This document shows, one piece after another, positions 29,796 to 44,090 of a stretch of DNA of 64,000 bases. The notes below the pieces were generated by a model that did no database searches, was not told the DNA's origin, and saw nothing but the letters and a program-made list of their open reading frames with translations. A program made the position numbers and the translations under genes. This DNA is from the human T2T-CHM13v2.0 reference genome, Homo sapiens. The stretch lies in NCBI RefSeq assembly GCF_009914755.1, contig NC_060931.1; one strand, given 5' to 3'. Each line of letters starts with the position of its first letter. Positions within the stretch are counted from its first letter, which is position 1.

Positions 29796-30649
29796 ATTAT
29801 ATGTGTGCTTTTGTTTTTTCCTATTTTAATTAACAAACAAACCAAATAAAGTATGGTTCTAGGCCCAGTGTAGGTAGAAAATAGAACAGTCAAGGAGGGG
29901 ACTAATATAGATAGTTATGTCTTTGATTGATGGCAGAAATGACTGGATAAAAAGTTAACTCCATAGCACAATCTTACTTTTAATTGGCGCCAACACATAT
30001 TTAGAATGTGTCTGGAAGGACCATCTGCTTTGGATAGGTCTTGTGTAATCTTGTAATGGTAAAATATTCATAACTTTTTTGATGACATACTGTAATATAA
30101 AGCACAACTAGACCAAATATAATTTTAGGAGGTTGTAGTAAAAAAGAAAAAAAAAACAAAAAAAGGGGAATTTTTTCCTTTTTTTTTTTTGAGAGAGAGA
30201 GAAGAATGTCAAGTTTCTGTCCTTGGGAATTGAATGACCTCAGCTAAAGACTGAAAATGAAGACATTTCAGCAGAAGGAACAAAGAGGGAGCTATTGGAG
30301 AAACAAAGGAACAGAGTTATTTTTGATTGCATGATTTTTAATTAATCTGAGAATAATTATCAAGTGTGGTGATTTGGTTAAATACTAGTTTCATTCTGGA
30401 AGGAACACAGTGAATCACAGAAAAATTCAGTTAAATCTTGGCCTATGCAAGTATGAATATTTAAAATGTGAATATTTATGATGATGATACAGAATTCCCA
30501 GCCGAAACCTTGCTTTGGTGGTATAATTGAATCACTGACATTTTTAGCATAAAAGTGAATTTATTTAGTTATATAAATTATAAGGAAGACAATTAGAACT
30601 ATAATGGGCACATATTTTTATGAATTCACTTATCTTTCATTTCTCACAG

Positions 30650-30729
30650 GGTAAATGGGAAGTTGGTAGCTCTGAAGGTGATCAGGCTGCAGGAAGAAGA
30701 AGGGACACCTTTCACAGCTATCAGGGAAG
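30650..30729 (+). CDS. CDK14: Internal coding exon (80 bp) of cyclin-dependent kinase 14 (PFTAIRE-1), kinase subdomains II-III
   Basis: Pyrimidine tract plus acceptor (tctttcatttctcacAG, AG at 30648-49) and donor (GAAG|GTAGGC at 30730). The frame G|GTA AAT GGG AAG...AGG GAA|G translates to VNGKLVALKVIRLQEEEGTPFTAIRE. The PFTAIRE motif with LQEEEGT matches CDK14 rather than CDK15 (recalled as MNAEEGV). Splice phases 2/1. Confidence 0.96.
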
Positions 30730-31739
30730 GTAGGCACTTTTCCTTGTTGATATTGCTTTTGTGTTTCTATGGTCCCCGTAGCTATTTTAATATTATACAC
30801 CTCTGAATATGCTGAGTTTTAAAATTACAGGATTGTATCTTTCATTAAAATGTGTAAACTGAAATTTAAAAATCAGTATCTCTTGCAGTCATGTCAAATC
30901 ATGTTAAATGAAACAAGATTATCTGCTGTGTGCTCAGATGTGGAATAAAATGCTGTGCATTAATGGTGAAGCTATCTAGGTAACTGAGGAATTTTGTATG
31001 TCTGCTATCATTTACAGAGTTCCTTAGATACATATTAGTTTAACATTATTCCGTATTGATGATTTTTAAGGAAAAATCTTTAAAAATGGGGATTTGTCAT
31101 GCCATCTTACTAGGCATTTGAATTTCTTTTCTTCCTTTGTTTCTATCCTTTACTGTACTTTTACTGGTTTTTCTGATTGGAAGAAGATAACATAGACATT
31201 CTTTATATATTAGGGTCATTTATGTTGTGATATTTTCCTCTAGTCTGTTATTTTCTAAAATTTCTTTTATAATGTAGTTATTTGCTACATATAAGATTTT
31301 ATTTTTTATTAAATTAAATAGCTCTATCTTTGCTTTGTTACCTGCATAGAAAGGCTTTTGTATTCCAAGAGAATAAAATATCTTTTTTTTTAATCAGTGG
31401 GAACTTTTCAGTTCAGTTTAATAAGTTTTAGGATAAGTAGGTTTACCTCTACTACATTTTTAAAAGTGCAGATTATCTTGACATAAGACTTCAGTTTATT
31501 TTTGCATTGAAAGGATCACAGCTATTATTCTCTTCATCCATAACAAGATAAATTGGTGGTTTGCTGCAATAATTTATCAAGGTATTGATGAACTAAATGT
31601 GGTCTGTCACTGCTTTGGTTTGTTTCCCACAACTGTTGATATGATTTACATGTACAACTATTGATATGATTTACATGTATCATTTTTGAAAATCTTGTTT
31701 CTATTTCTACTCTCTCACCTCTTATTCTCCTTTTCATTC

Positions 31740-33260
<1,521 letters not shown>

Positions 33261-33801
33261 AGTAAGTGACTTAAGGAAAATCATTAGGTTAGAATCTATA
33301 AATATGACAGATTATTAGATACAGTCTGTTCCCTCAAGGAACCTGCCTTGCAGGTGGGAGGTAGAACATATAAATCATAAGTTGAAGAATAATATGTGGT
33401 AGCATATTAATGCCAAATTATTTATAAAAGATTTTGAAATCTAAAAGATTGTGAAATTATTTCTAAAAGATTGTGATTTTTAAGGAAATTCTTCCATTAG
33501 TGATGGGAGGTAAAGTGTTAGCTAGGACTTGAATTAGGCATAAGATAGAAAAACAGTAAAGAGTAGATTGAGGAGAAGTGTTCCAGACAGGTATAGAAAA
33601 GGAGCTGAGACCAGAAAGCTCAATGCCTTTGCCAAGTGCAGTGAACAGGAGGAATAGTTAAGATCAGGAGTTCTCAATTGATAGAGTGGGAGGGATGGGT
33701 AATTATTGCTCCATGGAAGTGGCTTTTGTCATCACAATAATTGAACAATGCAACCATGTTTAGTGGATGAGAGCTTGGCATTTACGTGAGAAACTCTAAT
33801 A

Positions 33802-34000
33802 CAGAGGGAGGCAAACTGTGGCTTGGGGCCTGCTGTCTGTTTTGGTAAATAAAGTTTTATTTGAACGCAGCACTCCAACTCATTTATGTATTGTCTATGG
33901 CTGCTTTCTTGGAGTTGAGTACTTTTGACAAACTGTATGGTCCCCCAAACTTAACAGTATATGCTATTTGGCCCTTTCAATAAAAGTTTGTCAATCTCTG
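33802..34000 (+). mobile_element. MER58A (hAT-Charlie)
   Basis: ggcaaact...gtaaataaagttttatt...ggccctt..aaaagtttg with a perfect 8-bp TSD ctctaata (33794-801 and 34001-08). Confidence 0.88.
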
Positions 34001-34023
34001 CTCTAATACAATAAACAATTGTC

Positions 34024-35084
34024 TATCGGGGGAAACCAGCCCGCGATATTCAACATGAGTCCTTTTCTATTTTTCCTAAGTGTCGGATGGTCTGAGAAAT
34101 AAAGGGAAAGAGTACAAAAGAGAGAAATTTTAAAGCTGGGTGTCCGGGGGAGACATCACATGTTGGCAGGTTCCATGATGCCCCCTGAGCCGTAAAACCA
34201 GCAAGTTTTTATTAGTGATTTTCAAAAGGGGAGGGAGTGTATGAATAGGATGTGGATCACAGAGATCACATGCTTCACAAGGTAATAAGATATTACAAGG
34301 CAAATGGAGGCAGGGCGAGATCACAGGACCGGGGCGAAATTAAAATTGCTAATGAAGTTTCGGGCACGCATTGTCATTGATAACATCTTATCAGGAGACA
34401 GTGTCGGGGAGCAGACAACCGGTCTGACCAAAATTTATTAGGCGGGAATTTCCTCATCCTAATAAGCCTGCGAGCTCTATGGGAGACCAGGGCTTATTTC
34501 ATCCCTTGTCTACAACTGTAAAAGACAGATATTCCCTAGGCGGCCATTTTAGAGACCTCCCCTTGGCAATGCATTCTCTTTCTCAGGGATGTTCTTTGCT
34601 GAGAAAAAGAATTCAGCGATATTTCTCCTATTTGCTTTTGAAAGAAGAGAAATATGGCTCTGTTCTGCCCGGCTGTCAGGCAGCCAGACCTAATAGTTAT
34701 CTCCCTTGTTCCCTGAACATCGCTGTTATCCTGTTCTTTTTTCAAGGTGCCCAGATTTCATATTGTTTAAACAATTTGTGCAGTTAACACAATCATCACA
34801 GGGTCCTGAGGCGACATTCATCCTCAGCTTATGAAGATGATGGGATTAAGAGATTAAAGTAAAGACAGGCATAGGAAATCACAAGAGTATTGATTGGGGA
34901 AGTGATAAGTGTCCATGAAATCTTCACAATTTATGTTCAGAGATTGCAGTAAAGACAGGTGTAAGAAACTATACAAGTATTAATTTGGGGAACTAATAAA
35001 TGTCCATGAAATCTTCACAATTTATGTTCTTCTGCCATGGCTTCAGCCGGTCCCTCTGTTCAGGGTCCCTGGCTTCCTGCAACA
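34024..35084 (-). mobile_element. MER11 solo LTR (HERV-K11/HML-8)
   Basis: The reverse complement starts TGTTGCAGGAAGCCAGGGACCCTGAACAGAGGGACCGGCTGAAGCC; 1.06 kb; 6-bp TSD attgtc/gttgtc. Confidence 0.9.
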
Positions 35085-37037
35085 GTTGTCTCATGTCCCA
35101 CAAGCTTTTTTTTAATGTCTTACTGAGCATTCATGCAGGTGAAAAATCTGTTTATATTTATGAGCCCAAACCCAACTATTTTGCATATAAACAAAATATG
35201 CTGTGCACAGATTTAATATATACCAAACTATCTAGGAATACAACTACAGTGTAAATCATGGAAAAATTGTATTGTGTTTTGTTTAAAACTTTACAACTTG
35301 TTCATATTTTGGAAAAATTCCTTAGTGGCAGTGCTGCTTGTGTTATTTAATTCAATAATGCAATATCCCACAGTCTGCATTTGTAGTGGTTGTGCTTATG
35401 CTGATTCTGTACATAGATGTGAGCACCACTCTTCAGTGTGTTCCGGTATAGTTGTGTCTACTTACATATTTAAAGACTTTGTTTTATTATAAATTAATTT
35501 TTATTTATTTTTTGTATTAGTTACATATAGATATAAATTAATATATTTGAAATTATATTTATATATAAATATTTGAAATTATGTATGTGTATCTTGTTAT
35601 ATATGAATTCCATTTCATAGTAGTAAAGGCAAAAAAAGTAGTAAAATATTTGTTATATAAAGAGGGTATTGGCTTTGATGGGATTGAAAATGACTGAGGT
35701 AGAACAATAGGTTTTTGTTAAGCTGTGGAGGGAGATAAGGTTAAAAGTGCTACTGAATTTAATTATACAGTAGACCCTGAATATGAGAGAGGAGAGGGAC
35801 AGGGATTCTGGGCCAAAAAGGAACCAGAAGAAAAATGAAACTGGCCAGCAGGCAGGATTCCTGGTATGCAGGGTGTGCACTAGAATTAATCAACCTAATC
35901 TTACTGTTGGTGCTAGTCTTGGTCCAAGGTGACAAGAAGGTTCGTAGTGGTATTGAAGGACCAGTGTGACAAGCAGGCCCATCAGTGGGAGGTTCAAGGG
36001 AAGAAGCAAGTAGGATCACATTGAAGTTGTTGATGATCTTCTTATTCACTTTGGCTGGGTGTGAGGCAAGCTCCTGAGGCACATTAAAGGTTAGCTTCTG
36101 GGAAACACAGAGAAGCGGGGAATGCAATGAATCCTTAGCACACTGAGACCTGGCTTTGACTGGCAACATAATTTCATTTTAAGCCTTGAGATGAGCTTAG
36201 GAACTGGCCCTCAGTTGCGGTTGTGTTGTAGAATGCAGGGCTGTGTAGGTGGGATCTTGTTCTGTGGGTTAGAGAGCCTCTGAAGACTTTAGAGTTGGGC
36301 ATATTAGGGACAAAAATCTGATATTCAGATAGGATATCAATTAGAAAAAGAAGAAACTGGAAGCTGATAAGTCAGTCATTCAGTGTGTTGCAGATTTGAA
36401 ATTATGGGTTTATTAGATGTTAGTAACAAAAAATAATATTCTATAGAAAGAGATGTCAGAGCTAGGTGAAGTATTGATTACAGATTGAGAGGAAAATGTC
36501 AATGGTTTTGAGTTTGACTGAGTGAAAAAATAGGGCCAGAGATAGAAATAGTTGGTGATTGCATGGAGAATTGCTTTTAAGACTTTACAGTTTAAAAGGC
36601 TGTTATCCGATATAATCTTCATATGCTAGCCCTTTGAAAAAGTTTTAAATTTTTATTTTGTAGAATTTATATTGTTTATAGAACCTGTATTATAAATATG
36701 GAATTAAGGCTCAGAGGGGTTAGATGACTTGTCTAAGGAGAGGATCTTGTACCTAGACCTTGTTAGATTTCAACAGGGTCATTACTGACATTTTGGAGTA
36801 ATCAATTTGGGTTTTAGGGATTTTGAGCTCATGAGACATCTGTATGAAAATGTCTTGTTGGGAATGTGGGAGTGCAGCTCACAAGAGTTTAGCGTAAGTA
36901 GTATATATGTACCATGGTCGTTAAGAAGTTGAACCATGTATAACATTTTTGTGGAAGCGAATGTTGAGTGAAAACAGAGTCAGTTACAAGGCAAGGTAGA
37001 AACTCCCATGGGAAGCTGGAGGTGATTTCTCTTATGT

Positions 37038-37170
37038 TGTACAGTGATGAAAAAGTCAGAATCAAAACCTACTGATTTGTGTATGTTGATTTTGTATTCT
37101 GCAACTTTACTGAATCGACATACACAAATCAGTAGGTTTTGATCCTGACTTTGTTTTTCATCCATGTACA
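37038..37170. repeat. Inverted repeat (arms about 55 bp, 21-nt spacer)
   Basis: 37052-37091 is the reverse complement of 37113-37152 at 38/40 positions, extending with an indel to tgtaca at both ends. Confidence 0.93.
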
Positions 37171-37189
37171 GTATAAGATAAGCCACCTC

Positions 37190-37596
37190 AATTAGTTTGC
37201 TAGGGCTGCTGAAAAAAAGTACCACAGCCTGGGTAGCTTAAACAACAGAAACTTAATGTCTTGCAGTCTTGGAAGCTGGAAGTCTGAGAGTAAGGTGTCA
37301 TGGCCCTCCAAATGAGGGCAATGAGGAAAGATCTGTGCCAGCCACTCTCCTTAACTTGTAGATAGTGGTCTTCTCCCTGTGTCTTCACATCATTTTTCCT
37401 GTGTACCTGTCTGCATCCAAATTTTCTCTTCTTACAAGGACAATAATCACTTTGGTTTAGGGTCCACCCATATGACATCATTTCAACTTAATTACCTTTT
37501 TGAAGACCCTATCTCCAAATACAGTCCTATTCTAAGGTACTAAAGGTCAGGACTTCAACATGAATTTTTTGGGGGGACACAGTTCAGCCCATAACA
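37190..37596 (-). mobile_element. MLT1 solo LTR (MLT1B/C-like)
   Basis: attagtttgctagggctgct..gtaccaca..gcttaaacaacagaaa...cagttcagcccataaca. Confidence 0.85.
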
Positions 37597-37628
37597 GCAC
37601 TTAATGGCTTTGGGCCTTAGTAACCCTA

Positions 37629-38039
37629 CGTATTAATCCATTCTTGCACTGTTGTAAAGAAATACCTGAGACTGAGTAATTTCTAAAGAAAAGAGGTTTA
37701 ATTGGCTCATGGTTCTGCAGGCTGTACCAGAAGCACAGCATCTTCTGGAGAGGCCTCAGGAAACTTTCAATCATCCTATAAGGCAAAGGGGAAGCAGGCA
37801 CGTCTTACATGCTGAAGCAGGAGGAATAGAGAGAGGGAGGAGGTCCTATACACTCTTAAACAACCAGATTTCATGACAGCTCACTGACTCACTATTGATA
37901 TGACAACACGAAGGGGGATGGTGTTAAACCATGATAAACCACCCCAGATCCAATCACCTCCCACCAGGCCCCACCTCCAATAATGGGGATTACAATTCAA
38001 CATGAGATTTAGGTGAGGGCACAGACTCAAACCATGTCA
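37629..38039 (-). mobile_element. MST solo LTR
   Basis: gtattaatccattcttgcactg...caaaccatgtca with a perfect 5-bp TSD cccta. Confidence 0.88.
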
Positions 38040-39477
38040 CCCTACTTGCAAAAAATAGGAGTTGGATTATGCCATCTCTTAAGAACTACTTTGGCGTTGT
38101 GGTTTTGATTTCCCAAAGAATCTTTAAACTCAGAATTTGGAATGTTCTGGAAATCAGGGAATGATAGAAAAATAGTTGAGGCCTTGATCACAAAATGGCA
38201 TTTTATTTTCTATTGAATAAAATATTTTAATGTCTTTCTAATAAAGTCTGACTTCTGAGTGATTTTTTTTTTTTGTAGCAGTAAATGACTTCAAGGAAGA
38301 GAAATTAAACTCTGGGTCAGTTTTTGTTATTTGTTTTTTTCTTGCCTTCTCATTCTGCCTTTCATATTCTTATTTTTCTGCTGTTTATATCTGGAAGCAA
38401 AAGGCATCATCATTGCTTAGCCTTTCCCCATTAATACTTCTGGAAGTCCAGACACAATAACTCCTCTGTGTATCTAATGGTAGAATTTGAAATATTTAGG
38501 GCAATGTGGGAGACATTTGGGATATGTTCAATTTTACATTGATGAGGAAGCAGCATGGTGTGTTCAACTGAGATAGAACACCTGAATTTGAATTTGCCCC
38601 TCTTCTGCTGTGTTGATCAATTTCTCATTTACAAAATATCAACAGCGGGAAGATTTCAGAATAGGAAAGCACCATGCACAGTAAAGTAGTTTGTAAGTGG
38701 CTACTTGCCACTCACAGGCTTACCTAGAAACTTGGATTTTAGGGCGTAATTTTCACCTCAAGTGGAAATACTTGAAGCAACTCTAATCTAACCTAGATTT
38801 ATGTCCAAAGATGTACTTTGAATTTTATCTCTCATTGAGCTAGAGTGTGTAATGGATTAATTCAAGTTCAGGCGCTTTGAAACTCATTCTGTCCTCGATG
38901 GCAGCTTGGAGAAATTAAGTTGTAGTGCTCAGGGTCAGCTTTTCTATTTTAATTTAGAATCATTATATGGCATCATCTTGGTTTATGAGGAACAGATAAA
39001 GGGCTGGGAGATACAGGAGAGGTTTGAAAGACAGTGGCTAAAATGTCTTAGGATATTCCATCTTTCAAACAACTTTTAAGTGTTAAGTGTGTATGTTCTT
39101 ACTCTCTGATATTGTATTCTAGACTTCCACGTTTTTTGTTGTCTTAAGATTTTCTTAGACAGGCATGAGGTGAATGAACCAGTTGTCTCTTTTCATAGAT
39201 TCTTGAATATGTGATGGTTTTCTTAGGTGAGAATTATGCTTAAAGAGAAATCTAGATACTCTAATAGGGAACAAATTTAAATTAAAATGGTAGCAGTATA
39301 AATAGACAATATTTGGTGTGTGCTTGCACAGCCAGAGCCTAGTCTCACTTAACACTCACAAAACCCTCTAAGGTAGGTACTATCATTATTGCTATTTTGA
39401 GGTTAGTAAAGTTAGGATTGGAGAAGTCACTCACCTAAGGTTAACGCTAGCATGTGGTAGAGCTAAAAGCTGAACCT

Positions 39478-39785
<308 letters not shown>

Positions 39786-40775
39786 AAAAGCTGAACCTGA
39801 GCAATCATACGGCAGAGCCTATACTTAAACGTTATACTCTGCTAGATTTTATGTAGAAATTTTGAATTTATGCTTCATTTTCATTTCATACAGAGGGTTG
39901 TGTTATTGCCATTAAGTCAAGGTTAGCAAAAAAGATAGGGATTTTGAGGGGGGACATGGGAAAAAATTTATTTATAAAAGTGATAACACATTTTTCAATA
40001 AAGAAAGGAAGGCAGCATCCACATAGGACAAGAAAGGGTCTAAAAGAGGAAAGGAACAAATAGATTCAACACAATATAACTCAGAGACAGTAGAAACATG
40101 TAGAGGAAAAGGGGACCTCTCATGGTAAACTCTGTAGTATTGAACTTTTTGTTTGGGTACATTCTTTTTAATACATGTCTGAGTATTCCCATGTGCTTTA
40201 TCCACCTTCTCTCTCTTCCTTTCTCCACCCTTCTTTATGTATTTTTTTCATTATTCATTCTATTAGAATTCTATGGAAACATTTTAGATTTTTAATACAA
40301 AATGTGGTACCAGGAAGGCAGAGGTAGATATAAACTGAAAAAGAGATAAAGGAAAAAGAACAACTTCTTTTATTTCAAATATTTGGAATTAGTTAACCTG
40401 CTTGTAAAATGAATAATTTTATGATTTAATTGTAAAATTTGTACTGTATAATTAAAATATTCTAATAGTACAATAAATGTTATATGAATTATTGATATTA
40501 CTTTTACAAATTTTTTAAAGTTATAAATTGGAAAATAAGACTGATTTTAATTGAGTCATTAAAATTTTGGTGTTTGATACTTGATTCTCTACCTTACATT
40601 TTTCTTTTTTAATGTTATAGCCTATCTGTTTTTGTTGTTTTTCATTAACCATACCATTTTTCCTTGTAACTGTATGGTACAATTGCTTGTGAAGTTTGTA
40701 TATGTAATTGAGTTATAATTCAATTGATAATTAACCAGTCTAGATTTCATTTCTTGCATTTCATGTTTGGGGTGT

Positions 40776-41204
40776 TGTATTGCTTTTCTAGGGCTTCTGT
40801 GATAAATTACCACAAATTTGCTGGCTTATTCTTTTGTAGTGCTGGAGAGTAGAAGTCCAAAATCAGGATATTGGCCAGTTCATGCTTCTTTTAGAGGCTA
40901 TAGGGAAGAAATTCTTGCTAGTTTTTTCCTAGCTCCTGGTGGCTTCCTACAATCTTTGGTGTTCTTTGGCTTATCGTTACATCACTTCGATCTCTGCCTC
41001 CATCTTCACATGGTCTTCTCTCTCTCTGTGTCTTCTCCTCTTATAGGGACATCAGTCATTGGATTTAGAGCCCACGCTAATCCAGCATGGCTTCATCTTA
41101 ACTTAGCTAATTATGTCTGCAAAGGCCCCATTTGCAAATAAGGTCACCTTCTGAGGTTCTGGGCTGACATAAATTTCTGAGAGACACTATTCAACCTGCT
41201 ACCA
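40776..41204 (-). mobile_element. MLT1 solo LTR
   Basis: tgtattgcttttctagggct..aaattaccacaaa...aaataaggtcaccttctgaggttctggg. Confidence 0.82.
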
Positions 41205-43826
41205 GTGTTTATTTTTCTCAGTTTCACAGGGAGATTTGTAGGTCATAATGGACTGGGACCTGCATTGGACCTTTGAAAGCTTAGGAGAAAAATGTACTAC
41301 ATGGTGGTTTTGATAACACTCTTCTTTGTTTTCTTATTACTGAAGTTTGCATATAATAGACAATGAATGAATATAGATAACTTTCTCCAATGTGATTTAT
41401 TTTTGTTTCTCTCCATATAGGCTCTTTTGTTATTGTTATTCATTTATTTTTGTTTTCAAGCAAAATATCATTCTCTGTGGATTATTGAATGACATATGAA
41501 CTGTGGCTTGTGTGGAGATAGATTACATCTGTCAAGTTAGTGAGTATGATTGAGACATTGGTAGTTAGTCTGGGATTGGAAGCAGGAAGAACTGATATAA
41601 TGGAGACCTCTAAAGCTACTAAGTTGCTGTGAAATGATAAAGGTCTACTTCCACAATTCTATACGTTGGCCACTGGGATTTCAGACACATTTACACAAAG
41701 ACAAAATGTTCCAGGCTGTTCTGTTGGAGTCTTTTTTTATTCAGATATGCCTTTTATCCAGGTATATGGACATGTTTTTTTATCCAGATACATCTTTTTT
41801 ATCTTTGAGTAGATTCCTGGGCTGTCCCATAAGAGCCTTTTTTTATCCAAATATATAGTTTTGATGATCAAATACAACCTAAATGATAAGTATATAATCA
41901 TCTTTGTTTATAACTGAAATTATTTTGTCAATATCTGGATGCCTAGATACTTCTTACCCCTATCACCTTCCCAGTGGAGAGAGGACATCTGCCAAAAGAG
42001 AACTCAGGTCCTCTGTTCCCTCCCTTTTCCCTGACCTGGAGTCTCTTGCACTCAGGCTCCTGAAAGCTAAGTTGAGAGAGTGGGCACAGATGGGAAGAGG
42101 GGCTCCTGGGACATAACCTCCTTCTTTAATAGACTGGAGGGCTGTTGCAGGGAGAGGAAGAAAGGACAAACATTTGTTTCCATTTGTGTTTTGTCAATAT
42201 CGCTGTTTGGAATTGTTCATCCTCTTGTAATGATTTCAAAATTAACAAGTTGATTATAGATGGAATTTTCAGTGAAACATTATGTTAATGCAACATTTGA
42301 CCCTGTGTAGTAGGTGACAGGTTAAATTAGGTTTCTTCAAGGGTCTTAATAACTTTTTTTAAGACTCAAAAATTCTTTGCTCAGCCTAGACATTTCTGAA
42401 TTCAGCTGTTTTATTGGCAACTGTTTTTAAAGACACTATTTGTAGCATCATTGTTGGAAGTACATGAATCCTATAAAAGCTAATTAGGAATCTAAATCAG
42501 ACTTCAGAGATTACCTTGTCCAGGGGTTTCTCAGTTGCATCCTCATGGTCTTCAAGCTATGTGTTTGGTCTTACAGTAAATTTTAATAAATAGTGACCAG
42601 AAAGTGGTCCAGGGCCTGGTTTCTGAAGCCTGACTGCCTGGATTGCAGTTTGGACTTCATTCTCATCTAAGTGTATGATTTTGAGCAAGTCTTAAACTTG
42701 CTGTGCCTCATTTTCCATTTCTTAAAGAGGATGAAAATACGACTCAACTAACAGGCTTCTTGGGACATTATATCCATCAAATATGAACATGAGGCCATAA
42801 AATAGAAGCAATCAAGGAATAATGAAAATTTCTTCAAAATAAAAATACATTAACAGGTATTAAACTTTCAGAAGAACATTTGGATTGTGAACTCAGAGAA
42901 ATCTCCCAAAAGGAGATCAAGAAGAGTTATCATCTCTTATGTCTTTGAGAATAAATAATATAGTTATTTGAATTTTCTTCTATATTGTCACTTTCATTTA
43001 TTTCTGCTTGTGTGTTTGGTCTCTTTCTTATTGGAAGCATCTTTCAGCTACCTGGAGATCTTGTTGATTGTCAGCTCATATTTAAAAGTCAGACTTTAAT
43101 ACGCTGTTTGGAAGCTCTGGGTGCTTGGATAGGGAATATTGGTTGGCAGTTTTGTGATGGGGTGAGTTAACCATTTTTTTTTTTTCTTGCAGTATCTAAG
43201 ATGTGAGTATTTGGGGGTCGTTTCTTGGAAGGAGGCTTCAGTTTCTACAGAAAAGGATTATTTAATCTCCTGCCTGGAAGATTTCAGTTTGCTGCCCACA
43301 TTGTGTGGATTGAGTAAGAGACAGAGGTTACAGGGGAGTCTCAACCTTCAACATGCAGATTTTTATTGAATTTACCTATTTTCAGTTCAGATTATGCAGT
43401 GTTAGAGAGACAAAAAGGCACCCAAATATTTAAGGCAAAAAATTAATGGGCCTCTAAAAAGGTTTTGGCAGTAGGGATAGATAGGAGATAAATATGTTTG
43501 GAAGGGACTTAAGAGGGACACTTGGTAGGGCTTTGTGTTTGACTAGACATGGAGCTTGATGAAGGTGGGGTTAGTCAGGGTGACTTCCAGGATTCTGGAT
43601 TGGGTAATTAGGTAGATAGTGGAACCAGTAATGAGTAACTGTGGTTGGGGATAGGGGAGGCAGGTGGAGTATAAGAAAGACAATGAGTTCAATTAGTGAG
43701 TTTGAAATCTGGCATTCATGTGGCAGTTGTGTGACATGGTGGTGCAATTTAGATAACAGGTGTTTGTTGTATCTAAATTGAGAACTTTACAAGTCATATT
43801 CGAGTATATGATCTAGTTTAATTTTT

Positions 43827-43934
43827 AATTCCTTGAGGAAGGTTGATGTTACCATCTTCATTTTACTAATCAAGACACTGAATTCCTTGAGGGAGGTTGA
43901 TGTTACCATCTTCATTTTACTAATCAAGAGGCTG
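43827..43934. repeat. 54-bp tandem duplication within a MIR
   Basis: aattccttgagg(a/g)aggttgatgttaccatcttcattttactaatcaaga occurs at 43827 and 43881. Confidence 0.92.
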
Positions 43935-44014
43935 AGGTCTAACAAGATTTTTTTTGTGCAAAGTCATACAAATAATTAAGTGGTAGATATGGAGTTCACC
44001 TTGAATATTCTAAC

Positions 44015-44090
44015 CAGGGCCTAGAACAGTGCCTGGCACATGATAGGCACTCAGGGTATGTTGAATGACTGAGTGAATGAATGAATAAGC
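44015..44090 (+). mobile_element. L2 3' terminus
   Basis: gcctagaacagtgcctggcacatgataggcactc...tgaatgaatgaat. Confidence 0.8.

Larger units (their letters stand above)
33665..35696 (+). mobile_element. MER20B-like hAT-Charlie element hosting MER58A and MER11
   Basis: caggagttctcaa start, cattcatgcaggtgaaaaatctgtttata internally, and ttgaaaatgactg as the possible end TIR. Confidence 0.55.

Noticed and set aside
30648-30656. Donor-like GTAAAT just after the exon acceptor
   Set aside because: It is offset by one base from the AG|GT geometry, is a weak donor, and is explained by Val-Asn codons.
34855-35030. Internal ~90-bp direct repeat
   Set aside because: As I recall, this is a built-in feature of MER11 LTRs rather than a locus-specific event.
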